Below, one piece after another: positions 45,825 through 54,689 of a stretch of DNA of 64,000 bases. The DNA is from an uncultured Actinomycetes bacterium (GTDB lineage: Bacteria > Actinomycetota > Thermoleophilia > Gaiellales > Gaiellaceae): contig CAVTXU010000009.1 in NCBI GenBank assembly GCA_963738775.1, positions 96,040-160,039 on the forward strand. Reading direction: 5' to 3'. The notes under the pieces are model-generated. The model did no database searches, was not told the origin of the DNA, and saw only the letters and a list, made by a program, of their open reading frames with translations. Each line of letters starts with the position of its first letter. Position 1 is the first letter of the stretch. A program made the translations under genes and the position numbers.

Positions 45825-46916
45825 TTAGCGCGTGTTCCAGCCGATCCGCTCCGTGTACGCGCGGTGGGCGGCGATGAAGTCGACGAGCGCGTCGCCGCCG
45901 AACTTCTCGCGGGCGGCGCGGGCGAGCTCCCAGGCCACGGCCGCCTCGGCCACCACCGCGAGCGCCTCGACCGCGGCGACATCGCTGCGCTCGACGAGCG
46001 CGTCGGCGGGCTCGCCGGTGGCGAGATCGACCGAGGCGAGCGGGCGCATCAGCGTCGGCAGCGGCTTCATCGCGGCGCGGACGACGATCTCCTCGCCGTT
46101 CGAGATCCCCGCTTCGATTCCGCCCGCGTGGTTCGTGTCGCGCGTGAGGCCGGGCCGGATCTCGTCGTGCGCCGCCGAGCCGCGCACCTGCGCGAGCGCG
46201 AAGCCGTCGCCGACCTCGAAGCCCTTCACCGCCTGGATCCCGGCCAGCGCCGCGGCGAGCCGCGCATCGAGCCGGTCGGCCTTCTCCGCATAGGTGCCGA
46301 GCCCCGGCGGGACTCCGGTCGCGCGCACCTCGACGATCCCGCCGAGCGTGTCACGGTCGCCGCGCGCCGCGTCGATCGCCTCGCGGATACCGTCCTCCCC
46401 GCGCGCGCCGCCGACCTCCAGCGTGTCGCCGGCCACCTGGATCCCGATCGTGGCGAGCAGCGCCTTCGCGACCGCGCCCGCAGCCACGTGCACTGCGGTG
46501 TGCCGCGCGCTCGCGCGCTCGAGCGCGTCGCGGACGTCGTCGAGGCCGTACTTCAGAACGCCGGGCAGGTCGGCGTGGCCCGGGCGCGGCAGCGTCACCG
46601 GCTTCACGCCCTTGCCCGCCGGCTCGCCCTCGGGCGGCCACGGGTTCATCCCCCACGTCCAGTTCTTGTGGTCGCGATTCGTCACGACGAGCGCGAGCGG
46701 CGTGCCGAGGGTGCGGCCCTGGCGGAGCCCGGCGAGCACCTCGACGACGTCGGATTCGAGCTTCTGGCGCGGGCTGCGGCCGTAGCCCTGCTGGCGGCGG
46801 AAGAGGTCGGCGTCGATCGCCGCGCGGTCTAGCTCGAGGCCCGCGGGCAACCCGGTCACGATCGCGACGAGCGCAGGGCCGTGCGACTCGCCCGCAGTTG
46901 CCAGCCTCAGCTCCAC
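45825..46916 (-). CDS. aroC: chorismate synthase
   Basis: GTG start. LRLATAGESHGPALVAIVTGLPAG...RPGHADL...GGIEAGISNGEEIVVRAAMKPLPT. Confidence 0.92.
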   Translation of the reverse strand: MELRLATAGESHGPALVAIVTGLPAGLELDRAAIDADLFRRQQGYGRSPRQKLESDVVEVLAGLRQGRTLGTPLALVVTNRDHKNWTWGMNPWPPEGEPAGKGVKPVTLPRPGHADLPGVLKYGLDDVRDALERASARHTAVHVAAGAVAKALLATIGIQVAGDTLEVGGARGEDGIREAIDAARGDRDTLGGIVEVRATGVPPGLGTYAEKADRLDARLAAALAGIQAVKGFEVGDGFALAQVRGSAAHDEIRPGLTRDTNHAGGIEAGISNGEEIVVRAAMKPLPTLMRPLASVDLATGEPADALVERSDVAAVEALAVVAEAAVAWELARAAREKFGGDALVDFIAAHRAYTERIGWNTR

Positions 46917-46926
46917 GGCTCGAAGC

Positions 46927-47655
46927 CTACTTTGGCGACACGAGCGCGGCCCGCATCACGTCGATCGGCGCTTCGAGGCCGGTCCAGCGCTCGAACGACG
47001 CCGCGCCCTGGCGCACCAGGATCTCGAGCCCGTCGACCACCGTCACGCAGCCGGCGAGGTGCGCCGCCGCGATCAGTGCGGTCGCCGAGCCGTCGACGTT
47101 GTAGGCGAGATCGACGACGGCCTGCGAGCGGCGCGGCTCGACGAGGAGCTCCGTCTTCACCGGCGTCGCGTTGACGATCACGTCCGCACGGCTCGCGTCG
47201 GGCGGCCACTCGCCGGAGCGTGAGGCGATCGTGACCTCCGCGCCTGCGGTCTCGAGTGCCGCGACGACCGCGCGCGCCGCACCGCCCGCTCCGAGCACGA
47301 GCGCCTGCAGACCGGCGACGTCGCCGACCGCGCCGGTCACCGCGAGCCCGTCGGTGCTCGACCCGAACACCGCGCCGTCGCGGACGACGAGCGTGTTGAC
47401 GGACAGCGCACGCCGTGCCACCTCGTCCACCTCGTCGCACAGGTCGAACACCGCAACCTTGTACGGAATCGTCACGTTCGCGCCGACGTCGAGATCGCGC
47501 ACTGCCGCCGCGAGCTCGTCCGGCTCGAGCTCGAGCGCCTCGTACCGCCACGGCAGCCCCACCGCCGCAAACGCGGCGTTCTGCATCCGCGGCGAGAGCG
47601 ACTGCGAGACCGGCTTCCCGAGGATCCGCACGATCCGCTCAGCGGCCATAGCCAT
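46927..47655 (-). CDS. aroE: shikimate dehydrogenase
   Basis: ILGKPVSQSLSPRMQNAAF...GANVTIPYKVA...NTLVVRDGAVFGSSTDG...VLGAGGAARAVVAAL. 242 aa, short but colinear. Confidence 0.85.
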   Translation of the reverse strand: MAMAAERIVRILGKPVSQSLSPRMQNAAFAAVGLPWRYEALELEPDELAAAVRDLDVGANVTIPYKVAVFDLCDEVDEVARRALSVNTLVVRDGAVFGSSTDGLAVTGAVGDVAGLQALVLGAGGAARAVVAALETAGAEVTIASRSGEWPPDASRADVIVNATPVKTELLVEPRRSQAVVDLAYNVDGSATALIAAAHLAGCVTVVDGLEILVRQGAASFERWTGLEAPIDVMRAALVSPK

Positions 47656-48541
47656 GCGCCTTCGCGTAGTTGAGGAACGCCTGGTAGCTCGCCGTGAAGA
47701 AGTGATGCTGCTTGTCGGGCTTGCGCACGTAGTAGAGGTAATCGACCTTCGCCGGATGCGCGGCGGCCTGCATCGCCGCCAGGCCAGGGTTCGAGATCGG
47801 CGTCGGCGGCAGCCCGTGGCGGATGCGCGTGTTGTAGGGGTTGTTGCTCAGGAGCTGCGACTCGCGGATCGACTGCGTCGGCGGGATGTGGAGCCCGTAG
47901 CGGATCGTCGCATCGATCCCGAGCGGCATGTGATTGTGCAGGCGGTTGTAGATCACGGCCGAGACGAGCGCGCGCTCCTCGGGCGCCAGCGCCTCGCGCT
48001 CGATCATCGAGGCGATGATCAGCACGTCGTACGGCGTGAGGTTCTTCGAGCGGGCGTAACGGAGATTGATCTTGGCCCAGTTGTCGCGGAACGCCTCGAG
48101 CTGTTGCTGGACGAGCTGCGGCGACGTCGTGGCAGCGATGAAGTCATAGGTCGCCGGGAACAGGAAGCCTTCGAGCGAGCGAATCTTGCCGTCGCGCGCG
48201 AAGACGCCGGGCAGGCGCGAACGCGCGGTAGCGGCGAGGTAGCCGGGCGCGGTCATCGTCGGCGTCACGTCGCGGCGCCGCTCTGCGATCTTGCGGACGG
48301 CCGTGATCCGGTTCGCCATGTCCAGCCGCGTGAAGCCCTCGGGGAAGACGATCCGCAGCGGCGGTGCGACCGCCGTCGTCGCAGGCGCCGACCTGCCGTG
48401 GCGGTCGATCGCGAACACCGCCACGGCCACGACGAGCCCGATCGCGCCCACGAGCGCGAGCGTCGCGATCGCGCGACGGCGCGCGACCGTGCGGCGCGGG
48501 GGCTTCGGCCGTCCAGGTTGACCCTGGACGGGCGGCATCAT
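47639..48541 (-). CDS. mltG: endolytic murein transglycosylase MltG (YceG-like)
   Basis: ATG 48541 overlaps the ruvX TGA. N-terminal TM IATLALVGAIGLVVAVAVFAI. EGFLFPATYDF...VLIIASMIEREA...YNTRIRHGLPPTPISNPG. Confidence 0.85.
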   Translation of the reverse strand: MMPPVQGQPGRPKPPRRTVARRRAIATLALVGAIGLVVAVAVFAIDRHGRSAPATTAVAPPLRIVFPEGFTRLDMANRITAVRKIAERRRDVTPTMTAPGYLAATARSRLPGVFARDGKIRSLEGFLFPATYDFIAATTSPQLVQQQLEAFRDNWAKINLRYARSKNLTPYDVLIIASMIEREALAPEERALVSAVIYNRLHNHMPLGIDATIRYGLHIPPTQSIRESQLLSNNPYNTRIRHGLPPTPISNPGLAAMQAAAHPAKVDYLYYVRKPDKQHHFFTASYQAFLNYAKAHGYGR

Positions 48542-48927
48542 TCCGGGGCGGCGCTCGACCATGCGAGGTATGACGTCAGAAGGTGCGCGGCGGCGAGCGC
48601 ATCGACGGCGGCGACCGCGGCGGACTGCTCTGCGAGGTTCGTCGTGAAGCGCTCGTCGTAGGTGGCGATCGGGACGTCGGTGACGCCGCCGAGCGCAACG
48701 ACGAACGCGTCGGTCTCGAGCGCCTGCTCGCCCCGCTCGCCCTTCAGCGTCAGCGGCATCCCGACGACGACGCGCTCGGCCTCTTCGTCGGCGATCAGGC
48801 GTGCGAGCTCGGCGAGCCCATCTCTGCTGCCCGCCCGTTCGACGACGCAGAGCGGGCGCGCGAGCGTTCCGGTCGGGTCCGACACGGCCACGCCCGTCCG
48901 CGCCCGGCCGAAGTCGAGCGCGAGCAC
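48538..48927 (-). CDS. ruvX: Holliday junction resolvase-like RuvX (YqgF)
   Basis: GTG start. LALDFGRARTGVAVSDPTGTLARPL...VVVGMPLTLKGERGEQA...YDERFTT. Confidence 0.85.
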   Translation of the reverse strand: MLALDFGRARTGVAVSDPTGTLARPLCVVERAGSRDGLAELARLIADEEAERVVVGMPLTLKGERGEQALETDAFVVALGGVTDVPIATYDERFTTNLAEQSAAVAAVDALAAAHLLTSYLAWSSAAPE

Positions 48928-48929
48928 CT

Positions 48930-51476
48930 TCAGGAGAGCGCCTCCAGGATCAGCGTCTTCGCTGTCGCGAGCGCGTCGGGCAGCTTCTCGGGATCCTTGC
49001 CGCCCGCGCGCGCCATCGACGGCCGTCCGCCACCGCCGCCGCCGACGTGCGCCGAGGCCGCGCGGATCACCTTGCCGGCGTCGAGGCCGCGCGCCTCGAG
49101 CGTCTTGTCGAAGTTCGCAACGAGATGGACGCGGCCGTCCTCCGACGAGGCGAGCACGACCGCCGCCGGCTGCTCGCGCTGCTTGAGCTGGTCGGAGAGC
49201 TCGAGCAGGTCGTCGGCCGAGACGCCGGCGAGCTGCCCGACGATCACGTTGACGCCGCCGGCCGCCTCGGCCTCGTAGCTCACGTATTCACTGTCCGCGG
49301 CGGGCGCGACCTTCTTCTGGCGCGACTCCTTGCGCACGCGCTCGAGCTCACCGCGCAATTCTGCGGCCTCCGCTGCGGCGCCGTGGAGCAGCGCGTAGGC
49401 CTCGCCCGAGGTGACCGCCTCGATCCGCCGCGCGCCGCTGCCGACCGAGCTCTCGGACAGGATCGCGAAGGCGCCGATCTCGGCGGTCGAGCGCACGTGG
49501 GTGCCGCCGCAGAGCTCGGTCGAGTAGTCGGGGATCGAGACGACGCGGACGATGTCGCCGTACTTCTCGCCGAACAGCATCATCGCGCCGAGTGAGCGCG
49601 CCTCGTCGATCGGCGTCTCGAAGATGTGCACCGGCGCGTTGCGGAAGATCTGCTCGTTGACGCGCTGCTCGACGTCGGCGCGCTCCTCGGCGCTGAGCGG
49701 CGCGCCGTGGCTGAAGTCGAACCGCAGCTTGTCGGGCCGCACCGCCGAGCCGGCCTGCTTGACGTGGTCGCCGAGCACGTCGCGGAGCGCCTGCTGGAGG
49801 AGGTGCGTGGCCGTGTGGTTGGCCATCGTCGGGAAACGCACCGACCACGGCACGATGGCGCGCACCCGGTCACCCGCCGCGAAGCCTTCGCCCTCGAAGA
49901 TCAGCGCCTGGTCGCCGTCGAAGCGGAATGCCTCGCGCAGCTCCGCCTTTGCGCCGGTCTCCTCATGCTCGATCAGCCCGAGGTCCGAGACCTGGCCGCC
50001 GCCGTCCGGATAGAACGGCGACTCGCGCAACTTCGCGAGGAAGAGCCCGTCGCCGAGCTCCTCGAACGCGCCGAGCTGGGTCAGGACGTCGGTCTTCTCG
50101 TAGCCGACGAACTGCGTCGTGAAGCCCGCGGCGCGGGCGAACTCGGCCGCGCGCTGGGTGTCGCCCTTGCCGCCGCCGGCGCGCGAGATCTCGCGGTGAC
50201 CGGCCATGTGCGAGGTGTAGCCATCGACGTCGACCGCCTGGCCGCGCTCCTCGGCGAGCTCGACGGTGAGCTCGACCGGGAAGCCGTACGTCGTCGCGAG
50301 CGTGAACGCCTCCTCACCGGTGATCGCCCTGTCCGTCGGCAGATCGTCGAACAGCTTGGAGCCGCGCTCGAGCGTCTCGAGGAAGCGCTCCTCCTCGGCG
50401 CGGACGATCTTCTCGATCTCGGCCGCGTTCTCGCGGAGCTCGGGGTACGCGTCGCCCATCTGCTCGGCGACGACGCCCGGCAGCCGGTACACGCGGTCGA
50501 GCCCGATCCGGTGCGCCTGGTGCACGGCGCGGCGGATCACGCGGCGCAGCACGTAGCCGCGGCCGTCGTTCGAGGGCGTGACGCCGTCGCCGACGAGGAA
50601 CGTCATCCCGCGCCCGTGGTCGGCGAGAACGCGGTGCGCCTTGGTCGCGTCGGCCGAATCTCCATAGGCCACGCCCGATTCGGCCGCGGTCCACTCCATG
50701 ATCTGCTGGAAGCCGTCGGTGTCGTAGACCGAGCCGACGTCCTGGACGATCCGCGCCGTGCGCTCGAGCCCGAGTCCCGTGTCGATGTTCTGGGCGGGCA
50801 GGTCGGTCAGCGTCCCGTCGGCGTGCAGCTCGTAGGCCATGAAGACGAGGTTCCAGAACTCGAGGAACCGCTCGCAGCGCGTGCAACCCGGCGCGCAATC
50901 CGCCTCGCCGCAGCCGGTCTCGGCGCCCCAGTCGTAGTAGATCTCCGAGTCCGGCCCGCACGGCCCCGGCCCGCCGACCGACCAGAAGTTCTCCGACGAG
51001 GGCAGCCGGATGATCCGCTCGGGCGGCATCCCGATCTGCTCCCAGAGGTCGATCGCGACCTGATCGGGCCCGAGCTTGAGCTCCGGGTCGCCCGCATGGA
51101 CGCTGACCCAGATCCGGTCCCAGTCGAGCTTCAGCCGCTCCTGGATGAACTCGGTCGCAAACGCGATCGCGCCCTCCTTGAAGTACTGGCCGAACGAGAA
51201 GTTGCCGAGCATCTCGAAGAACGTGAGGTGGTAGGTGTCGAGCCCGACCACGTCGATGTCGGGCGTGCGGAAGACCTTCTGCGAGGTCGTCGTCGTCGGC
51301 GCGGGCGGGGGCTGCAGGCCGAGGAAGAACGGCATCTGCGGCTGCATTCCCGCGCTCGTGAGCAGCGTCGAGTGATCGCCCGCGGGCGGGATCAGCGACG
51401 CCGACGGACGGCGCAGATGGCCCTTCTCCTCGAAGAAGGAGAGGTAGCCCTCACGGAGCTCGGCGGTCGTGCGCAT
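48930..51476 (-). CDS. alaS: alanine--tRNA ligase
   Basis: ATG 51476: MRTTAELREGYLSFFEEKGHLRRPSASLIP...YHLTFFEMLGNFSFGQYFK...NIDTGLGLER...HTATHLLQQAL...CGGTHV... and the C-terminal DHHA1-like GGGGGGRPSMARAGG. The upstream 134 codons of the track ORF are shadow frame. Confidence 0.95.
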   Translation of the reverse strand: MRTTAELREGYLSFFEEKGHLRRPSASLIPPAGDHSTLLTSAGMQPQMPFFLGLQPPPAPTTTTSQKVFRTPDIDVVGLDTYHLTFFEMLGNFSFGQYFKEGAIAFATEFIQERLKLDWDRIWVSVHAGDPELKLGPDQVAIDLWEQIGMPPERIIRLPSSENFWSVGGPGPCGPDSEIYYDWGAETGCGEADCAPGCTRCERFLEFWNLVFMAYELHADGTLTDLPAQNIDTGLGLERTARIVQDVGSVYDTDGFQQIMEWTAAESGVAYGDSADATKAHRVLADHGRGMTFLVGDGVTPSNDGRGYVLRRVIRRAVHQAHRIGLDRVYRLPGVVAEQMGDAYPELRENAAEIEKIVRAEEERFLETLERGSKLFDDLPTDRAITGEEAFTLATTYGFPVELTVELAEERGQAVDVDGYTSHMAGHREISRAGGGKGDTQRAAEFARAAGFTTQFVGYEKTDVLTQLGAFEELGDGLFLAKLRESPFYPDGGGQVSDLGLIEHEETGAKAELREAFRFDGDQALIFEGEGFAAGDRVRAIVPWSVRFPTMANHTATHLLQQALRDVLGDHVKQAGSAVRPDKLRFDFSHGAPLSAEERADVEQRVNEQIFRNAPVHIFETPIDEARSLGAMMLFGEKYGDIVRVVSIPDYSTELCGGTHVRSTAEIGAFAILSESSVGSGARRIEAVTSGEAYALLHGAAAEAAELRGELERVRKESRQKKVAPAADSEYVSYEAEAAGGVNVIVGQLAGVSADDLLELSDQLKQREQPAAVVLASSEDGRVHLVANFDKTLEARGLDAGKVIRAASAHVGGGGGGRPSMARAGGKDPEKLPDALATAKTLILEALS

Positions 51477-51505
51477 CGCGCGAATTGTAGGGACGCGACT
51501 GGCCG

Positions 51506-51970
51506 CTACTGCGGGGCGTCGCTGCGCTGGAGGTCGTCGGCGAGCTCCTGCTCGCGCTTTGCGGCCGCGTCCTTGCCGGCCTGCACCGCGCTGCGCCAGT
51601 TGCGCTGCTTCGCGAGCGTCGAGGCGCCGTAGCTCAGCCCCGAGACGAAGCCCGTGATCTTCTCGACCGGCTTCGTCACCGCGTAGCTCACCGCGCGCAC
51701 CGCCGTGTCGGCACTGTCGACGGCGTCGACGGCGCTGTCGGTCATCACGCCGACCTTGTCGAGCTCGTTGTTGACCCGGTCGACCGTGCCGCCGACCTTC
51801 TCGACGACCGGCAGCACCTCGCGCTCGGTGCCCGCGATCAGCGACGAGAGCCGCTGGAAGGTGCCGCCGAGGCGCCACAGCGCATACGCGCCTGCGATCC
51901 CGAGCGCGAGCAGGAAGACGCTCAGCGCCGCGTACGCCACGTCGCTCCAGTTGAAGGTCATCGCAAGCAT
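51506..51970 (-). CDS. DUF948 domain membrane-anchored protein
   Basis: N-terminal TM VAYAALSVFLLALGIAGAYALW, followed by a repetitive helical region (TVDRVNNELDKVGVMTDSAVDAVDSADTAVRAVSYAVTKPVEKI). Confidence 0.6.
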   Translation of the reverse strand: MLAMTFNWSDVAYAALSVFLLALGIAGAYALWRLGGTFQRLSSLIAGTEREVLPVVEKVGGTVDRVNNELDKVGVMTDSAVDAVDSADTAVRAVSYAVTKPVEKITGFVSGLSYGASTLAKQRNWRSAVQAGKDAAAKREQELADDLQRSDAPQ

Positions 51971-51982
51971 CGCGTCAGGATC

Positions 51983-53272
51983 TTATGCGTCGCGGGCGGA
52001 GGTGACCAATCCGCAGCCGACGACGACGTCGTCCTCGTACAGGACAGCGGCCTGCCCGTTCGCGACGCCGAAGGCCGGCTCCTCGAGCTCGAGCTTGAAG
52101 CCACGGGCGCCACCGAGCACGCGCGCCTGGACGCCCGGCGAGCGATAGCGGAGCTTCGCCTCGGCGCGCTCGACCGGCACGTAGAGCCGCCCGCGGGCCG
52201 AGACGCGCCGCCGCGCCAGCGACTCGCGTGGGCCGACGACGACCGTGTCGTTCTTCGACCCGAGCACGTAGAGAGGCTTGCCGGCAGCGACGCCGACGCC
52301 CTTGCGCTGGCCCGGCGTGAACCGCCAGGTGCCCTCGTGGCGGCCGAGCTCGCGCCCGGCCTCGTCGACGATCGCGCCGGCCTTCGACTCCGCGCCATGA
52401 CGCTCGAGAAACTCGCGGTAGTCGCCGCCGGCGAGGAAGCAGGCCTCCTGGCTCTCGGGCTTGCGCGCCGAGGTGAGCCCGGCCTCCTCCGCCTCCGCGC
52501 GCGTCTCGTCCTTGCCCTGCTCGCCGAGCGGGAACCAGACGCGCTCGAGCCGCCGCGGATCGAGCGCGGCGAGCATGTACGACTGGTCCTTCTCCGCCGA
52601 GGCGCCGCGCGCGAGCAGCAGGCGCCCGCGGTGCTCGACGATCCGCGCGTAGTGGCCCGTGGCGAGCTTCGCGGCGCCGATCCGCCGCGTGAACGCGAGC
52701 AGTTCGTGGAAGCGGAAGCTGCCGTTGCAGCGCGTGCAGGGGTTCGGCGTCTCGCCGCGCGCGTAGCCGTCGATGAACGGCTGGACGACGGTGCGCCGGA
52801 ACTCCTCGCGCAGGTCGAGCGTCACGTGTGGCAGCCCGAGCGAGTGGCAGGTCTCGCGAGCTGCGATCACCGCATCGGGCGAGCAGCAGGCGCGCTCCGA
52901 ATCCGGGCCGGCGGGATCGAGCCAGAGTCGGAGGGTGACACCGACGGCGCTCGGCCCGGCGCGGAGCAGCGCGACCGCGCTGTCGACGCCGCCGCTCATC
53001 GCGACCGCGACTCGCGCGGGATCGCGGGGCGCACGCACGATCGGCCCGAGCGCGTTCGCCAGCGCGTCGGCGGCAAGCGTCTCGCCCGGGACGGCAGCCG
53101 CCTCGAGCAGCGTCAGCCCGGCGAGCGGCCGCTCGAGCCCGTCCGCGTCGGCGTCCACGATCCGGTCGCCGTCGAACCGCAGGCGCACCGCGGCCCAGTC
53201 GCCGTTACGGGATGCATCGCCGAAGGCCTCGATCATCGTGAAATCTGATCCCGCCGCGGACACCACGATCAT
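51983..53272 (-). CDS. mnmA: tRNA 2-thiouridine(34) synthase MnmA with an N-terminal extension of about 85 aa
   Basis: PP-loop RVAVAMSGGVDSAVALL begins about residue 88. NPCTRCN catalytic Cys, KDQSYML, RVWFPLG. The N-terminal 85 codons show strong GC3 coding bias. Alternative ATG at 53236. Confidence 0.85.
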   Translation of the reverse strand: MIVVSAAGSDFTMIEAFGDASRNGDWAAVRLRFDGDRIVDADADGLERPLAGLTLLEAAAVPGETLAADALANALGPIVRAPRDPARVAVAMSGGVDSAVALLRAGPSAVGVTLRLWLDPAGPDSERACCSPDAVIAARETCHSLGLPHVTLDLREEFRRTVVQPFIDGYARGETPNPCTRCNGSFRFHELLAFTRRIGAAKLATGHYARIVEHRGRLLLARGASAEKDQSYMLAALDPRRLERVWFPLGEQGKDETRAEAEEAGLTSARKPESQEACFLAGGDYREFLERHGAESKAGAIVDEAGRELGRHEGTWRFTPGQRKGVGVAAGKPLYVLGSKNDTVVVGPRESLARRRVSARGRLYVPVERAEAKLRYRSPGVQARVLGGARGFKLELEEPAFGVANGQAAVLYEDDVVVGCGLVTSARDA

Positions 53273-53413
53273 GTGAACCTGGCAAGCCAGGTGGGTGCCC
53301 TGCCGGCGTGGTGCACCAAACCTCTTACACGTATCCGGACGCGAGCTCCCTTGATGTAGGTGTTGGTTCTACATTGAGAGCGCGGCGACCGCGACGGGAT
53401 CAGGTCTCCCACT

Positions 53414-53803
53414 CTACCGTGCGAAGGCCCAGCGGACGCGCTGGGTGCCGTGCAGGCCGAGCCGGCGGGCGAGCGCGACCGTGACCGCGAAGTCGCGCCC
53501 GGGCAGCTGCGAGCCCCGGTCGATCACCTGCGTCAGCACCTCGGTGTCGCCGTAGGCGACGAAGAGCTTCGCGCCGCACGCGAGAACCGGGTGTGCGATG
53601 CCGAGGGTGCGCGACGTCGTGCGGAGGCCGCAGGCCGTCCTGGTCGGCGGGATGTACGGCGCCGCGAGAGCCGAATACCACTGCACCGGGCGCGGGCCGG
53701 CGGACTGGGTGTCGCGCATCCGCAGGACGACGAGTGCCGCAGCGCCGACGAGCAGCGCGATCGCCGCAAGCGCGACGAGCCGCTGCGCGAGGGCCGTGCT
53801 CAC
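53414..53803 (-). CDS. RlpA-like double-psi beta-barrel (DPBB) domain protein with N-terminal TM anchor
   Basis: GTG 53803 overlaps the upstream TGA (GTGA). [18 protein letters not shown], then [49 protein letters not shown], a DPBB/RlpA-type pattern. Confidence 0.65.
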   Translation of the reverse strand: MSTALAQRLVALAAIALLVGAAALVVLRMRDTQSAGPRPVQWYSALAAPYIPPTRTACGLRTTSRTLGIAHPVLACGAKLFVAYGDTEVLTQVIDRGSQLPGRDFAVTVALARRLGLHGTQRVRWAFAR

Positions 53804-54100
53804 ACCCCGGACGGCGCCGCGATCAGATCGCCGAACGACTCCCGGACGAGCAGGTCGAAGTCCTCGGGCAGCAGCCCGTCCGGGCTCGCGAAGTCACGCA
53901 GGTAGACGAGCAGGTAGGAGCGCTCCTCGTCGCGGACGAGGTCGACGCCGCTCGCAGCGCGGCTGAGCCGTTCGAGCTCCCAGAGGTTCCACCGGCGCGG
54001 GCCGGCGACGGGCACGGCGACGACCGGCTCGAGCGCCGGCGGTGGCGCGAGAGGCTCGGAGAGGACCGCGGCCGCAGGCCCCGCGACGGGCACGGGAATC

Positions 54101-54238
54101 GGCTCGGGCTCCGGCTCCGGCTCCGGCTCCGGCTCTGGCTCTGGCTCTGGCTCCGGCTCGGGTTCTGGCTCTGGCTCGGGTTCTGGCTCCGGCTCCGGCT
54201 CTGGCTCCGGCTCTGGCTCCGGCTCTGGCTCTGGCTCC
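54101..54238. repeat. 23 tandem hexanucleotide units GGCTCN (encoding (Glu-Pro)23 on the minus strand)
   Basis: Counted directly: ggctcg ggctcc x4 ggctct x3 ggctcc ggctcg ggttct ggctct ggctcg ggttct ggctcc x2 ggctct ggctcc ggctct ggctcc ggctct x2 ggctcc. Confidence 0.9.
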
Positions 54239-54338
54239 GGCTTGCTTGTGCTCATGAGCACAGCGGGTTCGACCTCCGGCTCCGGCTCCGGCTTGCTTGT
54301 GCTCATGAGCACAGCGGGTTCGACCTCCGGCTCGGGCT
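54237..54338. repeat. two tandem 51-bp direct repeats (50/51 identical), each containing the 16-bp perfect palindrome TGTGCTCATGAGCACA; a third diverged copy at 54377-54420
   Basis: Copy A 54237-54287 and copy B 54288-54338 differ at one base. Palindrome copies at 54247-54262, 54298-54313 and 54382-54397. Confidence 0.9.
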
Positions 54339-54454
54339 CAGGCTCAGGATCGTGCTCCTCCGGCTCCATCTTCGCTCCGCTTGTGCTCATGAGCACAACG
54401 GGTTCGGGCTCCGGCTCGGGCTCCGGCCGTTTCACCGGGATCACGCGGACGTGC

Positions 54455-54464
54455 GGGGGGGGGG
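54455..54464. repeat. G10 (C10 on the coding strand) homopolymer
   Basis: gtgc gggggggggg ctcg, counted directly. The longest homopolymer I noticed in the window. Confidence 0.95.
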
Positions 54465-54689
54465 CTCGTCGGGCCGGTGGGCGGCCTCGATCGGTGATGG
54501 GACAGCCGCTTCGGCGCGACGGGAGAGGAGCCATTCGAGCAGCGCGACTGCGAGCCACGCGGCGGCCATGACCAGCACGATCGCGATCGTGCTCGCATGG
54601 AGAAGCGCCGCAGCCGCAGCCACGGCCACGATGAACACGACCTCTAGGGCGAATCGGCGCCCGAACCCCGCCCGCACGGTGTCTGCCTC

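Larger units (their letters stand above)
53800..54677 (-). pseudogene. membrane protein with (Pro-Glu)n repeat linker and conserved-looking C-terminal domain; frame break exactly at a C10 tract
   Basis: GTG 54677 preceded by GGAGG 8 nt upstream. N-terminus has 2 TM ([39 protein letters not shown]), then ...HRPDEPPP, and a stop 4 codons after the C10 run (54455-54464). In the -1 phase the ORF continues [16 protein letters not shown]...VLMSTS...(PE)23...[36 protein letters not shown]. Span is 3n+2, so C11 (or C8) would restore a 292-aa protein. Confidence 0.6.

Noticed and set aside
54101-54440. CRISPR array
   Set aside because: The repeats are 6 bp and 51 bp with no unique spacers, lie inside a coding frame (PE repeats), and no cas genes are present.
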